Both the position numbers and the translations under genes were made by a program. The notes beneath the pieces are model-generated. The model searched no databases. It was not told the DNA's origin and saw only the letters and a program-made list of their open reading frames with translations. DNA of 64,000 bases from Hemiscyllium ocellatum. Taxonomy: Eukaryota. Positions 1 through 11,794 of the stretch are shown here, piece by piece (the stretch's first letter is position 1; each line of letters begins with the position of its first letter). The DNA lies in contig NW_026867487.1 in the NCBI RefSeq assembly GCF_020745735.1, forward strand, positions 2,542,001 through 2,606,000. The letters are read 5' to 3'.

Positions 1-45
1 CCTCCTCCAATTCCACCATCAGTGCCAGACTGAAGAACATCGAAG
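1..45 (+). CDS. IgW: 3' end of an Ig heavy-chain constant exon (probably IgW CH4), cut by the window edge
   Basis: Reads SSNSTISARLKNIE and ends at a phase-1 donor AAG|GTAGGC (46-47). It joins in frame to the next CH exon (G+AT = Asp). Confidence 0.6.
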
Positions 46-339
46 GTAGGCTGTTGGGCGTAAATCCAACATAGAAATCACTTATCCTCACTGCTAAACT
101 CTATTAGGACCACTCAAGTTCAACATGAACAATGTACATGTCATAGCCATAGTGGGTTTGTCAATATGTTCCAAAATACTTCACTGTTGATCAAATGTGT
201 TTTTAGCAGTGCCAATGTAAGAAATATATGAACTGATTTCTGCACAATAAGGGCCCACAGACAGCAATATAATAATAACCAGAGAGGAGGGAGAGTGGCC
301 ACAGAGGAGACCTCCCTTTCTCTTGTCTGAACTTGCAGC

Positions 340-430
340 CAGGAGATCTCTTTGGTATGTGTGTTGAGGGGCCTTATGTTTAATGTTTTGTGTAAAAGAC
401 GGCATGTCTGGCAGTGCAACATTCTGTAGG
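340..430 (-). mobile_element. Deu-domain SINE fragment (SacSINE-like) in a CH intron
   Basis: ggggcc..gtttaatg....aaagacggca..tc...cagtgca resembles the reverse complement of the Deu-domain core as recalled. Confidence 0.4.
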
Positions 431-636
431 GTCTATTTCGGTGCTGTATGGCTCTTTGACCCTCTGACTGGTGTTTCCATTCACACAACAATGTCGCTGA
501 GTCATAACTGCCCTCTGAAAGAGCTGAGGAAGGTATTAGTTGTATGTCTGGTGGTGAGCATGAATTGTCATCTTTGCAACTGGCACGCACATCCCACTGG
601 GGAGTTAGGAATTAATAATTGTCATTCTCCTCCCAG

Positions 637-957
637 ATGAATGTTTGGATTCCAGAATCTCGGTCACCATAAGCAAGCCTCCATTTGAAGAGATCTGGAG
701 GAACAGAACAGCAACCATTCTTTGTGAAGTACTTCACACTGATTTAGAGGGAGTCAGGGTAACCTGGAAAGTCGATGGAATCATGAGACAAGATGGAGTG
801 AAGACCCAGGGTCCCAAGAAGGATGGACATAAAGAGATCATCTTCAGTAGACTTACAGTCCCTGCTACAGAGTGGGAGAGTGGGGTAGAGTGTATGTGTT
901 TGGTGGAGGACAGAAGTTTACCAACGCCAGAGAAGAGGTCAATCAGGAAAGCCCAAG
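637..957 (+). CDS. IgW: Ig heavy-chain constant exon, penultimate CH domain (IgW CH5 / IgNAR C4 homologue)
   Basis: Acceptor ttctcctcccag at 636, donor AAG|GTACGT at 958. Translation (D)ECLDSRISVTISKPPFEEIWRNRTATILCEV...VTWKVDG...EWESGVECMCLVEDRSLPTPEKRSIRKAQ is a C1-set Ig domain with the B-strand Cys, Trp and F-strand Cys. Confidence 0.92.
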
Positions 958-1745
958 GTACGTGTGCATGGAACTATGCAGCTAATCTTAGCAAATGAAG
1001 TGATTTAATTCCAGAATGCTGAGCAGCCTAACACAGGTTGTCAGACTATGTTACAAGCCCAGCGATATGTGCAAGCCCCATCAAGAAACTGAACAGATGA
1101 AACCTGAAATCACCACAGCAGCCTTGGTGTGAATCACACTAGCTCCTAGGGAATGGATTGATGGCAATAGGAGAGACAGATAGGGATTAGCAGGATTTTC
1201 AACATTACCATCCCATCAATCCAATACTAGAGTGTAAGGGAGATTGGTCAGCCTGAGGTGGAGGCTGGATCTGAGCAAATCCACCTTGAGGAAAAGGAGA
1301 AAGAGCAGAGAGCACCACATGAGAATAATTCCTGAAACCTCCCTGTTGACCTCAGGAAGTGGTCCTCCATGGTTTATCTCAGAAACAGTACACTTTGAAA
1401 AGATGCCATTTGGTCTATCTTGTCACTGTCAGCTCTTTGAAATAACTCTTCAAATGATCCCATGAATCATCAGCTCCATCTCAGCAACCTTACCATTGTC
1501 TACTTTTCAATTTTATGTCCAATTCCCTGCTGAATGTTCCTCTTTAATTTGCTTCCACCCACTTTCACACTGTGCATTCCAAGTTAGCATAAAGAACAGA
1601 ACAAATCAAATTCAGTTAATAACCCACCAGTTCATTTGCCATTCCTCTGAAAAGTCTGTTCTGACTCGCTTGTCACTGGAAACAGTTTCTCCATGTTTAA
1701 TGCATGTGTAATATGAAGTCTAACCTCCATTTTCTCTGTTTACAG

Positions 1746-2128
1746 TTGATGTTAAGACTCACCCTCAAGTCTTTCTCCTGCTCCCTTCACCGGATGAGAT
1801 GGAGACTGCTCACACTACAACCCTGGTTTGCCTGGTCACTGGATTCTCTCCCGCAGAGATCGACCTGGTTTGGATGGCCAATGATACCCTTCTGAAGACA
1901 GGGTTCATGCACCAGCCAGTGACCGAGGACGGCAGAGGTGGCTGGAATTCAGGCAGTCACTTGACGGTCTCTGCAGAGGAGTGGAACAGCGGCACCACGT
2001 ACTCCTGTGTGGTGGGACACGAGTCAGTTACAACAAATGTGTTCAGAAGCATTAATAAATCTCACAGTAAAGCCAACCTGGTTAATGTCTCACTTGTTCT
2101 AACTGATAGCTATAACTCCTGTTCATAA
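1746..2128 (+). CDS. IgW: Terminal CH exon plus secretory tailpiece (IgW CH6-sec)
   Basis: Acceptor ttttctctgtttacag at 1745. Translation (V)DVKTHPQVFLLLPS...LVCLVTGFSPAEI...WMANDT...EEWNSGTTYSCVVGHES...NKSHSKANLVNVSLVLTDSYNSCS*. The tail has an NVS glycosylation site and a penultimate Cys. IgW is favoured because the domain and tail differ from nurse-shark IgNAR C5 as I recall it. Confidence 0.9.
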
Positions 2129-2286
2129 CATCTGCTGATTTATACAATCATCCATTTATATAATCCCTGTAAATGGATGGTTAACACAACCAGAAAACCG
2201 TTGTGAGCACTTTGAAACCTCTCTTCTGGTAGCAATGTGCTTCAAACATGAACAAATTCCAACATTGCTCAGAACTTGAGAGTAAA

Positions 2287-2292
2287 AATAAA
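2287..2292 (+). terminator. Candidate poly(A) signal of the secreted form (alternatives at 2496-2501 and 2752-2757)
   Basis: First AATAAA after the secretory stop codon. Which hexamer is used is unknown. Confidence 0.4.
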
Positions 2293-2769
2293 TCTTCAAA
2301 TCAGCCAACATTGTTTTCTCCAAATACCTGAGATCCTCAGGTTTTTTGTGTGCTGCTCCTGAATATGTATGAAATATGTGTGAAACTCCGCAGAATGTTA
2401 ATTGTATACCAATGTACTGATCAAATTTCATTAAACCTGACATGAAAAGTTTCAGTGTTAGTTTAGAGTGATCATTGTTTCTGGGTTTGGGAGAAAATAA
2501 ATCAATAACTTGGGACATGAACTGTGGTGCATGCAGCATGTTCAGAGTGAAAGACATTTTTGAATCTTGACTTGACAAAGCTCTCCCACCCCATTGTGAT
2601 TTCTTTGACTTACATCTTAGTTTATTTTAGATGAATTGATGTGATCAATTGCTGTGATTAGTCCACATTTTGATTATCATCATGCCATAAGCAGTACTTC
2701 CCTTTGGTCTCTTGATTTCTCCATTTCAAATTGCACACAGTAAGTTTTTACAATAAAAACTTGATAATA

Positions 2770-3050
2770 ACCAGGTCATCTGCTTTTTGCTGTTGGTTGA
2801 GAGATAAATGGTGACTGGCTGAGACACTGAAGAAAATCACCCAGCTCTTTCGAAATGGCCATGAGATCATATACATCAACCTGAGGGCCATTGTTTATCA
2901 TCTCATAAGAGATACCTTCTTCAACACTCGCAACACTTACTCAATCTTACATTGGAGTGTCAACTTAGCTGAGGACCGCAAGGATCAGTGATGAAACTTG
3001 AACCCTCAATCCTGTGACCCAGAAACAAAAGTGCTTGCTACTAAATCACA
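2770..3050 (-). mobile_element. tRNA-headed Deu-domain SINE (SacSINE-like)
   Basis: The minus strand gives a tRNA-like head with a B box (ggttcaagtttc) followed by degenerate Deu-domain blocks. Confidence 0.55.
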
Positions 3051-3770
3051 TCATGGTGATCCATGAATTGTAGGCTTTCAGACTCATTTCATCCCTCACA
3101 TCACCACCCACAAGTCTTTGTGTCATTGAGCAGATGTTCTATTCTACAACTGATATTGCAAGGTAGTTTTGTGTCTCGTATAATATTAGGTCAAATAAAA
3201 TATGATATAGAATCAAAAAGAAAGACGTATTTGAAGTTATAAAGGATATCATCCTGACTGTGGGGATAATCTCAGAGTGCTGTACAAGAGACTGGTTTGT
3301 TTGCTGCTCATTGAGTGTTACTAGTGCCAAGGAGGCAGAAACTTGAGTGTTCCAGCCTGTAGGTTAGATAATGCACCAGAGCAACCGAGAACTGACAGAG
3401 TTGGAAAGATTAACATTTTGGAAACAAATTAATGTTCATGTTGTTTGTTTCTGCATTCCTTTGAGAGAAACAATGAATGTGATGAAGAGAGAGAGAGAAA
3501 CAATGAGAGTGACAATGAAACAAAGAAGGGAGAGAATCAGCAAAGGCCAGATGGAAGGCAGTGAAAGAGGGATGAAGATAGAGCCAATGGCCGAGACAAA
3601 ATCAGACAGATTGAGAATGAGAGAAAGATTTTCTAAAAGTTTCCTGCTCCCAGTGCAGCTCTACCATGGTTTCCTCCTTCATTGTATTATCCTCAGATTA
3701 TTGAGATGCTGGTGACCTTCATGAAATGTTCACAGTCAACCTTAACAGCCACAATATCTCTCTGTTTTAG

Positions 3771-3913
3771 CAATCCCTCCCGATGTGAAAGGAGAAGAAG
3801 GGAAGGAAGAAGTGGAAGATATGGATGGAGATGACAACGCACTAACAGTTGCTGCCTTTGCCATTCTCTTTATTCTCAGTTTTCTCTACAGCACCTTTGT
3901 TACTGTTGTTAAG
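3771..3913 (+). CDS. IgW: Ig heavy-chain transmembrane exon TM1
   Basis: Phase-1 acceptor tctctctgttttag, donor AAG|GTAATT. Translation IPPDVKGEEGKEEVEDMDGDDNALTVAAFAILFILSFLYSTFVTVVK: an acidic spacer followed by the conserved antigen-receptor TM motif (F..LF.LS..YS...T). Confidence 0.92.
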
Positions 3914-4369
3914 GTAATTGGAACTTTCACTACCTAAATGAACAATAACATATACTGCCTATATGTGTAAGGTTTATGTTCAGTTTATCGCCATAACTTC
4001 TGACCTGACTCTGAGATTCTAGCTAACACATTAGAAACAAACTAAGAGTTGAATGCTGATCCTTTCATACTTTGAAGTTTTTCTGATCACTGGGTCTGTG
4101 GTTCTTCATCCCCCATTGAAGGGGGTCAGGCCCATCGGCCTTGTGTTCCAGAATAAGCTCAGACATCGCAGCGCTTAAGTCTATCTCCCACAATAAGGTC
4201 AGATGACCTGACCTAACGAGCCCATTTCTGAGAATAAGGACAGCTTGTTCTGTTGGGTTACACAGCATATTCCATCATCTGAAAGATAAGTCAGCAGTTA
4301 ATGTACCTGAACAACAGAGTCCTGCATAATTACGGCCCTGATCAGAACCAAGAACTTATTCTGAAACCA

Positions 4370-5790
4370 TCATCTCTTTGGATAAGGGCAGATGGTCTCA
4401 AATTTATCCATCAAATTCTTGAATTGACAGGTATCTTTTAAAAAAAATTCATGGATCTGATCATCACTGGCTAGACTATTCCTAAATAGTCTCCCCAGAG
4501 GGCACTTAAATATCAACCACAATGCTGTGGGCTTGGACTCACTTTTATACCAGACCAGGTCAGGATACTCATTTCTTTTCCTAAAGAGCATGAGTGAACT
4601 CGAGGGATTTGGTCCCTCAAATCTGCTCTGCCATTCAACAGGATCATAGCTGATCCAACAACCCTCACGTTGACTTTCCTGCCCTTTGCTCATAATCCTC
4701 AATTCCCCAGCTGATCAAGAATCTATCTATCTCAGCCCTAAGTATATACAAGGACTCTGGCCCATAGCTGTCTGCAGTAAGGAGTTCCAAAGACCCACAA
4801 CCCTCTGACAGAAGTTCCTCTTCATCTCAGTCTTGAATTGGCATCACTTTAATCTGAGACTGTGTCCACTGCTCCTAGACTGTCCCATGAGGGGAAATAT
4901 CTTCTTAGCATTTACCCTGTCAAGCACCAGAGGAATGCTACATGATTCAATGAGATCACCTCTGAATCTTCTAAACTCCTGCGAGTAGAGTCCCAACTGT
5001 TTAAACTTTACCCAGAAGAGAATCATCAAAGTGAACCTTCTCTGAACGGCCTCCAATGAAATAATCTCTTTCCTTCAATAAGGAGAGTAAAACCATTCAA
5101 ACTACTCCCGATGTGACCTCAGCAGCACCATGTACAGTTGCAGTAAGATGCCCTTACCCTTACACTTTAATCCCCCCTCCTGAAATAAGGGCCAATATTT
5201 TATTCGCCATCTTGATTACCTGCTGAACCCTGTGTGGTGGCTTGGAGATAGTAAGGACTGCAGATGCTGGAAGTCAGAGTCAATGAAATGTGGAGATGGA
5301 AAGACACAGCAGGTCAGGCAGCATTGGAGGAGCAAGGGAGATGATGTTTTGGGTTGGGACCTTTCATCAGGAGTGACTGTGTTAGCTTTCTGTGTTTCAT
5401 GCATAAATATCCCCAAGTCACTCCGTGTTGCAGCTTTCTGCAGCCTTTCTCCATTTGCTTGATCTTTTGTTGTCCCTTCCAAAACAATAACTTCACAATA
5501 TGTGAGATCATACTCTATTTGCCCATTTACTTAACCGATCAATACTTTTCTTTAAACTATTTGTAACCCCCTTGCAACCTGCCTTTCTCCCCATTTTTGT
5601 GTCACCTGCAAATTTTGCTACATTACATTTGCTTTCTCCCTCCAAGACATGGATATATATTGTAAACAGTTGTGGTCCCAGCACTGACCCCTGCAGAACC
5701 CCACTGGTCACAAGTTGTCAACCTGAAAAAGAAACCTTTATCCCCACTTGCAATTTATTGTCCTTTGGACAACTCTCTCTCTTTGGACAA
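4370..5790 (-). mobile_element. CR1/HER1 LINE 3' region in the TM1-TM2 intron
   Basis: Minus-strand ORFs contain SGVLQGSVLGPQLFTIYI..KFAGDTK (CR1 RT) and LGLYSQEFRRFRGDLIE (CR1 C-terminus). Confidence 0.85.
5225..5372 (-). mobile_element. Penelope-type terminal fragment inserted into the CR1
   Basis: Family tail (gatgctgcctgacctgctgtg...ccagcatctgcagtcc) with a decayed CTGATGA..AAAACATC core. A short ctgtgt duplication flanks it. Confidence 0.65.
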
Positions 5791-5923
5791 ATCTGACTAT
5801 CTCACCTTTGGGGTCTGTGTCCCACAGTAAGGAAAATCCACCTGTGTTTTGTGTCTATCTGTATTTTTGACTCAGACTGCCTGTGGCACAGAATTGTACC
5901 TTACTCTGCTGTCTGTATTACAG

Positions 5924-5935
5924 GTTCAGCAGTGA
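5924..5935 (+). CDS. IgW: Candidate TM2 exon (cytoplasmic tail VQQ-stop)
   Basis: Acceptor ctctgctgtctgtattacag followed by GTT CAG CAG TGA. Phase 0 matches the TM1 donor, and AATAAA follows at 6278 and 6360. Confidence 0.7.
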   Translation, partial: VQQ

Positions 5936-6277
5936 CCAACAGATGGATAAGACTCACATTCAGACACATTCAAGATGTGAATTGTCCAGAAATGTCATTG
6001 TCATGTTTGAGAATGGTGCTTTCCAACTTTCAATGGAAAATACTCAGCTACTGCACTGCAACAGCTCATTCAGGGAGATAAAACTTCAATGGACTCAGGA
6101 GAATTGAAAAGGGGAATTGGGAGGAAAACAGGAGAGTTGACAATGAGGAGAAGGGAATGGGGATTGGGAGCATGGAATGAGGAATGGGGGAGAGTGGAAG
6201 GTGAACCAGGATGGAGTGGAAGAATGGGATGGATGGTGGAGGGCTGATCCCTTGGGTCTTGTGAAAAATATTGTAGA

Positions 6278-6283
6278 AATAAA
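6278..6283 (+). terminator. Candidate poly(A) signal of the membrane form (alternative at 6360-6365)
   Basis: AATAAA hexamers 340-430 bp after the TM2 stop codon. Confidence 0.45.
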
Positions 6284-6734
6284 TGTTATTCAGATTACGG
6301 CCTGCAGCTTTTTAAAACGTCTTTTCATTGATGTAAAAGTTTTGACGTGAAATTAAATCAATAAAAATGAAAGGTGAAATGAAATTAGTACTGGACTGAA
6401 TGACTACAGTCACTGGGCAAATATACCCAAAGACTTGATGTTGGAGGAGAACTGAAACCCAGTGTATGAGCAAATACCCCAGTTATTGAGGGACATAGTC
6501 TCCAGAACCAGATATTGAAGATCCACAAACTGATGAAGGAGTGAATATTCTACAGTGTAGGCGTCAGACTGAAGGTTTGTGTCTAATGCAGTAAACAAGG
6601 TCACACAACCAGGGCAAGATATTGGTGGGAAACCCCTGTTAAGAAAAGCTACGGGAATACCACAGCTTTATAACCACAGGAGTGTTATATCCCAGAAATA
6701 GATATTTGATGAATTCTTTATTTATTTGTTAATG

Positions 6735-7130
6735 GGGTATGGGTGATGCTGACTAGGATTTTTGCCTAATTAATTGCTCTGGAGAAGGTGCAGGTGAATT
6801 ATTGTCTTGAATCACTGCAATTCTTTGAGTATCAGGGCTGTTCATAAGTCGGTTCCAGGTTTTGGACACAGTGACAGTGAAGGAAAGGTGCTTGGACTCC
6901 AAATCAGGATGGTGTGCACCTTGGTCACCGCATTGCGGTGATGGCGCTCCCATGCTTCTGCTGCCTTTGTACCTCTAGCTGGTAGAGATTGTGAGTTTGC
7001 AAGGGACTGTCAAAGGAGCCTTGGTGGTTAGCCGCAATGGTTCTTCTAGATGGTACACACTGCTGCCACTGTGTGTTGGTTCTGAAGGGAGTGAAGGTTG
7101 AAGATGGCTGATGAGGAGGGAAGCTATTGT
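6735..7130 (-). mobile_element. Second CR1/L2-group LINE family, 3' end
   Basis: Reverse complement of the tail seen at 62250-62360 and in other copies in this window. Confidence 0.55.
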
Positions 7131-7239
7131 CCCGGTGGTATTATTGTTGGAGAATTAAGCCAGAATCCACATCTGAGGATATGGGTTTGAATCCTATCAT
7201 GGCAGGCACTAGAATTAAGGGTAGAATGAGAACCAGGAA

Positions 7240-7400
7240 AGCTATGAACTCGGAGAAAAAGAATCCAGTATCAGGGTGTTTTTCATGAACATGACTCAGG
7301 TGGATTGCAAAGCAGTCACCCAGTCTACGCTTTGTTTCCCCAATGTAGAGTAGACCACATTGTGAGTAGCGATTACAGTCAACTAGATTGTATGGAGTCC
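7240..7400 (-). mobile_element. Penelope GIY-YIG endonuclease fragment
   Basis: Translation YNLVDCNRYSQCGLLYIGETKRRLGDCFAIHL. Confidence 0.7.
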
Positions 7401-8039
7401 AGATAGTTAGTCTGGTCCAGATAGTTAGACTCAAGATCTGGATGTCTGTGGCACCCACTTCAAGGCCAAGTATTGGTAGGTATTATGGAACAGAAGAAAA
7501 TCTGGGAAAATCTCATCTATGTGTGACAGGAGGAACGTAAACAAGAAATAGATATCATGGGCCATATTATAGAACAAAGAGATCCGAGGTACAAAATTCC
7601 TTGACGGTGGAGTCACAAGCAGATAGGGTGGTGAAGAAGTCTCTCAGTATACTTGCTTTCATTGGTCAGAGCACTGAGTGTAGGGGTTGGGACATCTTGT
7701 TGCAACTGTACAAACATTGGTGAGGCCACATTTGGAGTACTGCATGCAGATAAGATTTACACAGATGTTACCTGGGACTTGTTGAAATGTGAAAACTGGG
7801 CAACATGGACAAGCTGGTTAAATGAAAGAGCTAATTTCCCAAAATAGAGATATTTGGGAAAATGAAATAAACATGGAAAAACATGGGTTGACCAGAACAG
7901 TCAACACGGATTCCCATAGGGAAAATCATGTTTTTCCTATCTTGCTGAAGGGAAAGGTTTTGGAAAGGGAACAGAAAGATTTGATAAGGGTAATGCTGTT
8001 AATGTGACGTACGTAGACTTTCAGAAGAGAGTTTTAGAC

Positions 8040-8860
8040 ACATACTCACCTCCCCTCCCTTGTCAGCTTTCCGAAGGGACTGTTCCCTTTGGGATACCCT
8101 GGTTTACTCTTCTTTTACTCCCACCATACCTCCACAGCCTCATGGCATTTTCCACTGCATCCACAGAAGGCATAATATCTGTCGGTTTACTTCCTCCCTC
8201 CTCAGTATCCAAAGGTTCAAACACATCTTCCAGCTGAAGCAGCACTTTACCAGCAGTTCACACAATTTAGTCTACTGCATTCACTGATCACAATGTGGTC
8301 TCCTCTGTCTTGGGGGAGTGAAGCATAGACTAGCTGACTGCTTTGAAGAATACTGGCGTTTTGCTTGCCAAAAAGACCCAATCACTTCAACATCCCACCC
8401 TGTAGCATTGCCAACATTTCTGTCTCAGGCTTGCTGCAGTGCTCCAGCAAAACTCACTGCAAGTTAGAAGAACAGCATCTCATTTTAGCATGGGGACCCA
8501 GCGGCCTTCTGGACTCAATATCGTGTTCAATAATTTTACAGCTTTAATTCTCCCATGTCCTTATCACACAGCCTGTTATTACACATCACCCATTGTTAAC
8601 CACCAACAAACCCTCTCAGCCAGATCGTTACCAACTCCTTTGTCTGGCTTACAGTTCTTCTCTCTCTTTGGGCACTCTCCCCACTTATTGCTTACTCCTT
8701 CCCCCCTCCCTCCACTCTATCCTTACCAAATAAACCAACATTTTCCTCACGACTATCACTTCTGTGGAAGGGGCACTCAACCTGAAACATTAGTTCTGAT
8801 TTCTCTCCACAAATGCTGCCAGACCTTCTGAGCTTTTCCAACAATTTCTATTTTTTTCTT
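8040..8860 (+). mobile_element. Penelope-like element, 3' part (GIY-YIG plus terminal repeat)
   Basis: Motifs FRRDCSLWDTLV, NLVYCIH*SQCGLLC and LEEQHLI, then the terminal region with a hammerhead-like remnant at 8762-8791. Confidence 0.75.
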
Positions 8861-8869
8861 TTGGAAGAT

Positions 8870-9990
8870 AGTTCATACAGTGCCACACAACAGATCGACG
8901 AGAAAAGTTATAGGCCATGCAATAAAATTGTCAGGAACAACATGGAGACAATGTTTGCCTGAGTGAAGGGAACTGCGAGTCATGGTCAATAGATGTGTTT
9001 CAGGCTGGAGGATGTTTGTAATAGAATCTTCCAGGGGTCTGATTTTGAACACTTGCTTTCCCTGACATATATTAATGATCTAGATCTTGGTGTGCAGGGG
9101 GAAATTTCAAAGGTTGTAGAGAACACAAAACCTGAAAGAATTGTAAACTGTGATGGGACAGTGTAGAACTTGAAAAGGACGTGGAAAGGTCAGTGGAGTG
9201 GGCAGATGGGTGGCAGATGACTTTCAATGCAGAGAAGTGTAAGGTAAAGCAAGAACATTAAAAGACAAGACAAAATCGGGGATACAATTCTGTGGGGGTG
9301 TAGAAGCAGGATAACCTCAGCGTATATATATGCACTGAGGACTGAAAGTGCAGGACAGGTGGAGAGAGTAGAAAGGAAAGCAGGTATCATCCTTCGCTTT
9401 ATTAATAGGGATATAGTGTACATGATGAAGGAGGTGATATTCAATGTTTTTAAAAAGACACTTTTTAAACCTCAACTGGAGATCTCCATACAGATCTGTG
9501 TGCCACATGTGTGGACAGATGTGGAGAGAATGCAGGTTTACAAGAATGGTTCCAGGGATGAGGAACTTCAGTTCTGGGGATAGATTCAGGAGACTGTTCT
9601 CCTTCGAGAGAAGAAAGTTCAGACGAAATCAGGTCGAGCATTTCAAAATCGTGAATGAGCTTAACAGAGTAGATAGGGAGAACAAGTTCCAGTTTGCAAA
9701 AGGGATAAGAAAAGGGAAAGGGCATAGATTAAAAAGATCTGCAAAAGAGGCAAAAGTGAAGTGAGGAGAGGTTTCTTTCACTCAGGAAGTAGTTGGGGAA
9801 TAGAATGCACTGGCTGCAAGTGTGGGAAATTGAGGCATTTAAGGGGGAAATGAGTTACTTATTGGAAAGACATAATGGGAAAAATAGCAAGAGATTGGTA
9901 CTTGAGCACGATAATCATTTCGTGAGCTGGTGTAGGCATGATGGACTGAATGACCTCGTTCTGCACAGTATCTCTGATTTTGTGATTCCT
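8870..9990 (+). mobile_element. CR1/HER1 LINE 3' part, decayed
   Basis: Decayed RT end, KAGIILRFINRDIVY, FSFERRKFR, and the CR1 tail. Confidence 0.75.
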
Positions 9991-10199
9991 AGTCTTTGGA
10001 ACAATACTTCATCATTTCCCTCCATGGTTATTAAAGAAACATAAATTAAAACATACATGGTCTTTACAGGCTTCCAGGTTTCAACCCTGAAGACAATGAA
10101 ACGCCATTTCATAAAATGAGTTTCCATTGTAAAACATATGGTAAATGCTAATATTGTGCTCAAAAATGCACACAATACTTCAGCTGAGATCTAATAAGG

Positions 10200-10480
10200 G
10201 CATCCGCGAGGAAGCTGCATGTTTTGAAAGCAAGTAATTTGCTACCAGTTGTGAACCATGTTTGTGCAGCTGTGGGTTACAGCAATGTGTAGATGAACTG
10301 GAGCCAGGGACTTGTTCCCAAGTGAAGCTGACTGGATTATGGATGAGTAACAAAGGCGCTCTGCCAGCCAATGTCAGATTCTGGGTAATCCAAGATGGAG
10401 GACGGGAAAAAAAATTGTGGCTGCAGAAGCTGTTCATTTTTTCAGGTATTTTCAGTGTTGGAGCTGATTTCCTCAAATTC
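10200..10480 (-). mobile_element. Possible RTE-clade LINE C-terminal fragment
   Basis: Degenerate KKLNSF...W...RLHWLGHV-like blocks on the minus strand. Confidence 0.35.
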
Positions 10481-11429
10481 CAGGAGCAGTAATCACATGG
10501 TTAGTGAATCAAATGAGAAAGACGACATTTAAAATGCACCTGAATGGATATATGAATAGGAAGTTTTAGAGAAGTATGGGCCAAGTGTTGGCAAATGAGA
10601 CGAGATTAATTTAGCATATCTGGTCAGCACAGACACGTTGGACTAAAGTATCTGTTTCTATGCTGTACATCTCTATAACTCACTGTGACTCGATGTGATT
10701 GGTTGTCCGTTAGCTGAACATACTGGGACTATGAAAAAGACAGAGAGAAGTTGGTTCAGGTCAGGAGGGAAACTACCAGGTCTGCAGCAATCAGGAGTTC
10801 CTGCTCTCATTTCTGTGCAGTAAACCACTTGAAACATCAAGAAACCTACTTTATCTTCTCTTTAACAACTGTTGCAGCAGCGATTTCTGAAAATGGTGGG
10901 GGGTTGGTTTCCAGTACATCACTACAGTGAGTTGTGATAAAGTTTGAGGGCTCTTGGCCATGACTGGAATTAAAACTGGGTAATGAGGATTTGGGTGTGA
11001 TATTGGTAAATAGAAAGGTGAAGGAAAACAGCAGTTTCTGTGCCTGTGTTTCAGACAGGGCACTGGAAATGGCAAAGAATGTCCAGCAGGTGGCGGACCT
11101 GCCCCAGCAGTGTCTATGGGACTTCCAAAACCCAGGTTGATTGACCTGATGGATACGTTGGAGGTCGCAATGCTTGACAGGGCAAGGATGGCAGAATAAT
11201 TCAGGTACTTAAAAAGCTCTTAGATTGAAAGGAAATACACAGGAGGTGGGGTATTTCGCACAATCAAACACTGGTATCAGGACATATTCAGTTACAGTGG
11301 CTGGAGCATCAGAAGAGAATGAAGAAACGAGAGATGGCAGAACAGGACAAAGAAAGAGAAATATAAGAAAATTGAGATGCCTATGGAAATGTAGACAGAT
11401 TTCCCACTGCTGTTGCTGTAGCTGAGGCT

Positions 11430-11760
11430 GAAGAAGTTCAAGAGAATTATTGTATTAAAAGTAGAGGCTTGATGACCAGACCTGCAGATGAAGAATTGAT
11501 GGTCGTTCATCAAATAATGGCACTGCCCAAGTATCATGAGGAGATATTGTGAATAGCACATGGAGTTCTTATGGCATGGCATAGAGGAATATGGAAAGCA
11601 CAGGTATCAATAATCAGGTATTTTACATGGCCATGTCTCATATGTCAGATGATAGGAAAATCTCAGCATGTCATTCAATCAGTGCCTTTGATACCTGAAC
11701 CAATTTTGATGAACTTCAATAAAGTGTCAATAGATTGTGTAGGATCATTACTATCATAGT
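11430..11760 (+). mobile_element. Ty3/Gypsy integrase remnant (HHCC region to IDCVG)
   Basis: YHEEIL*IAH..WHRGIWKA..IIRYFTWP..CLICQMIGK..PLIP..FNKVSIDCVGSL. Confidence 0.65.
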
Positions 11761-11794
11761 CCAGTCAAGGTTCTGAGTTAATTCTCGTCTCCTT

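Noticed and set aside
141-590. 149-aa minus-strand ORF
   Set aside because: It lies antisense within an Ig intron, overlaps a SINE remnant and has no recognisable motif.
4060-4360. Possible solo LTR in the TM1-TM2 intron
   Set aside because: The composition is suggestive, but no terminal dinucleotides, TSD or second copy could be identified.
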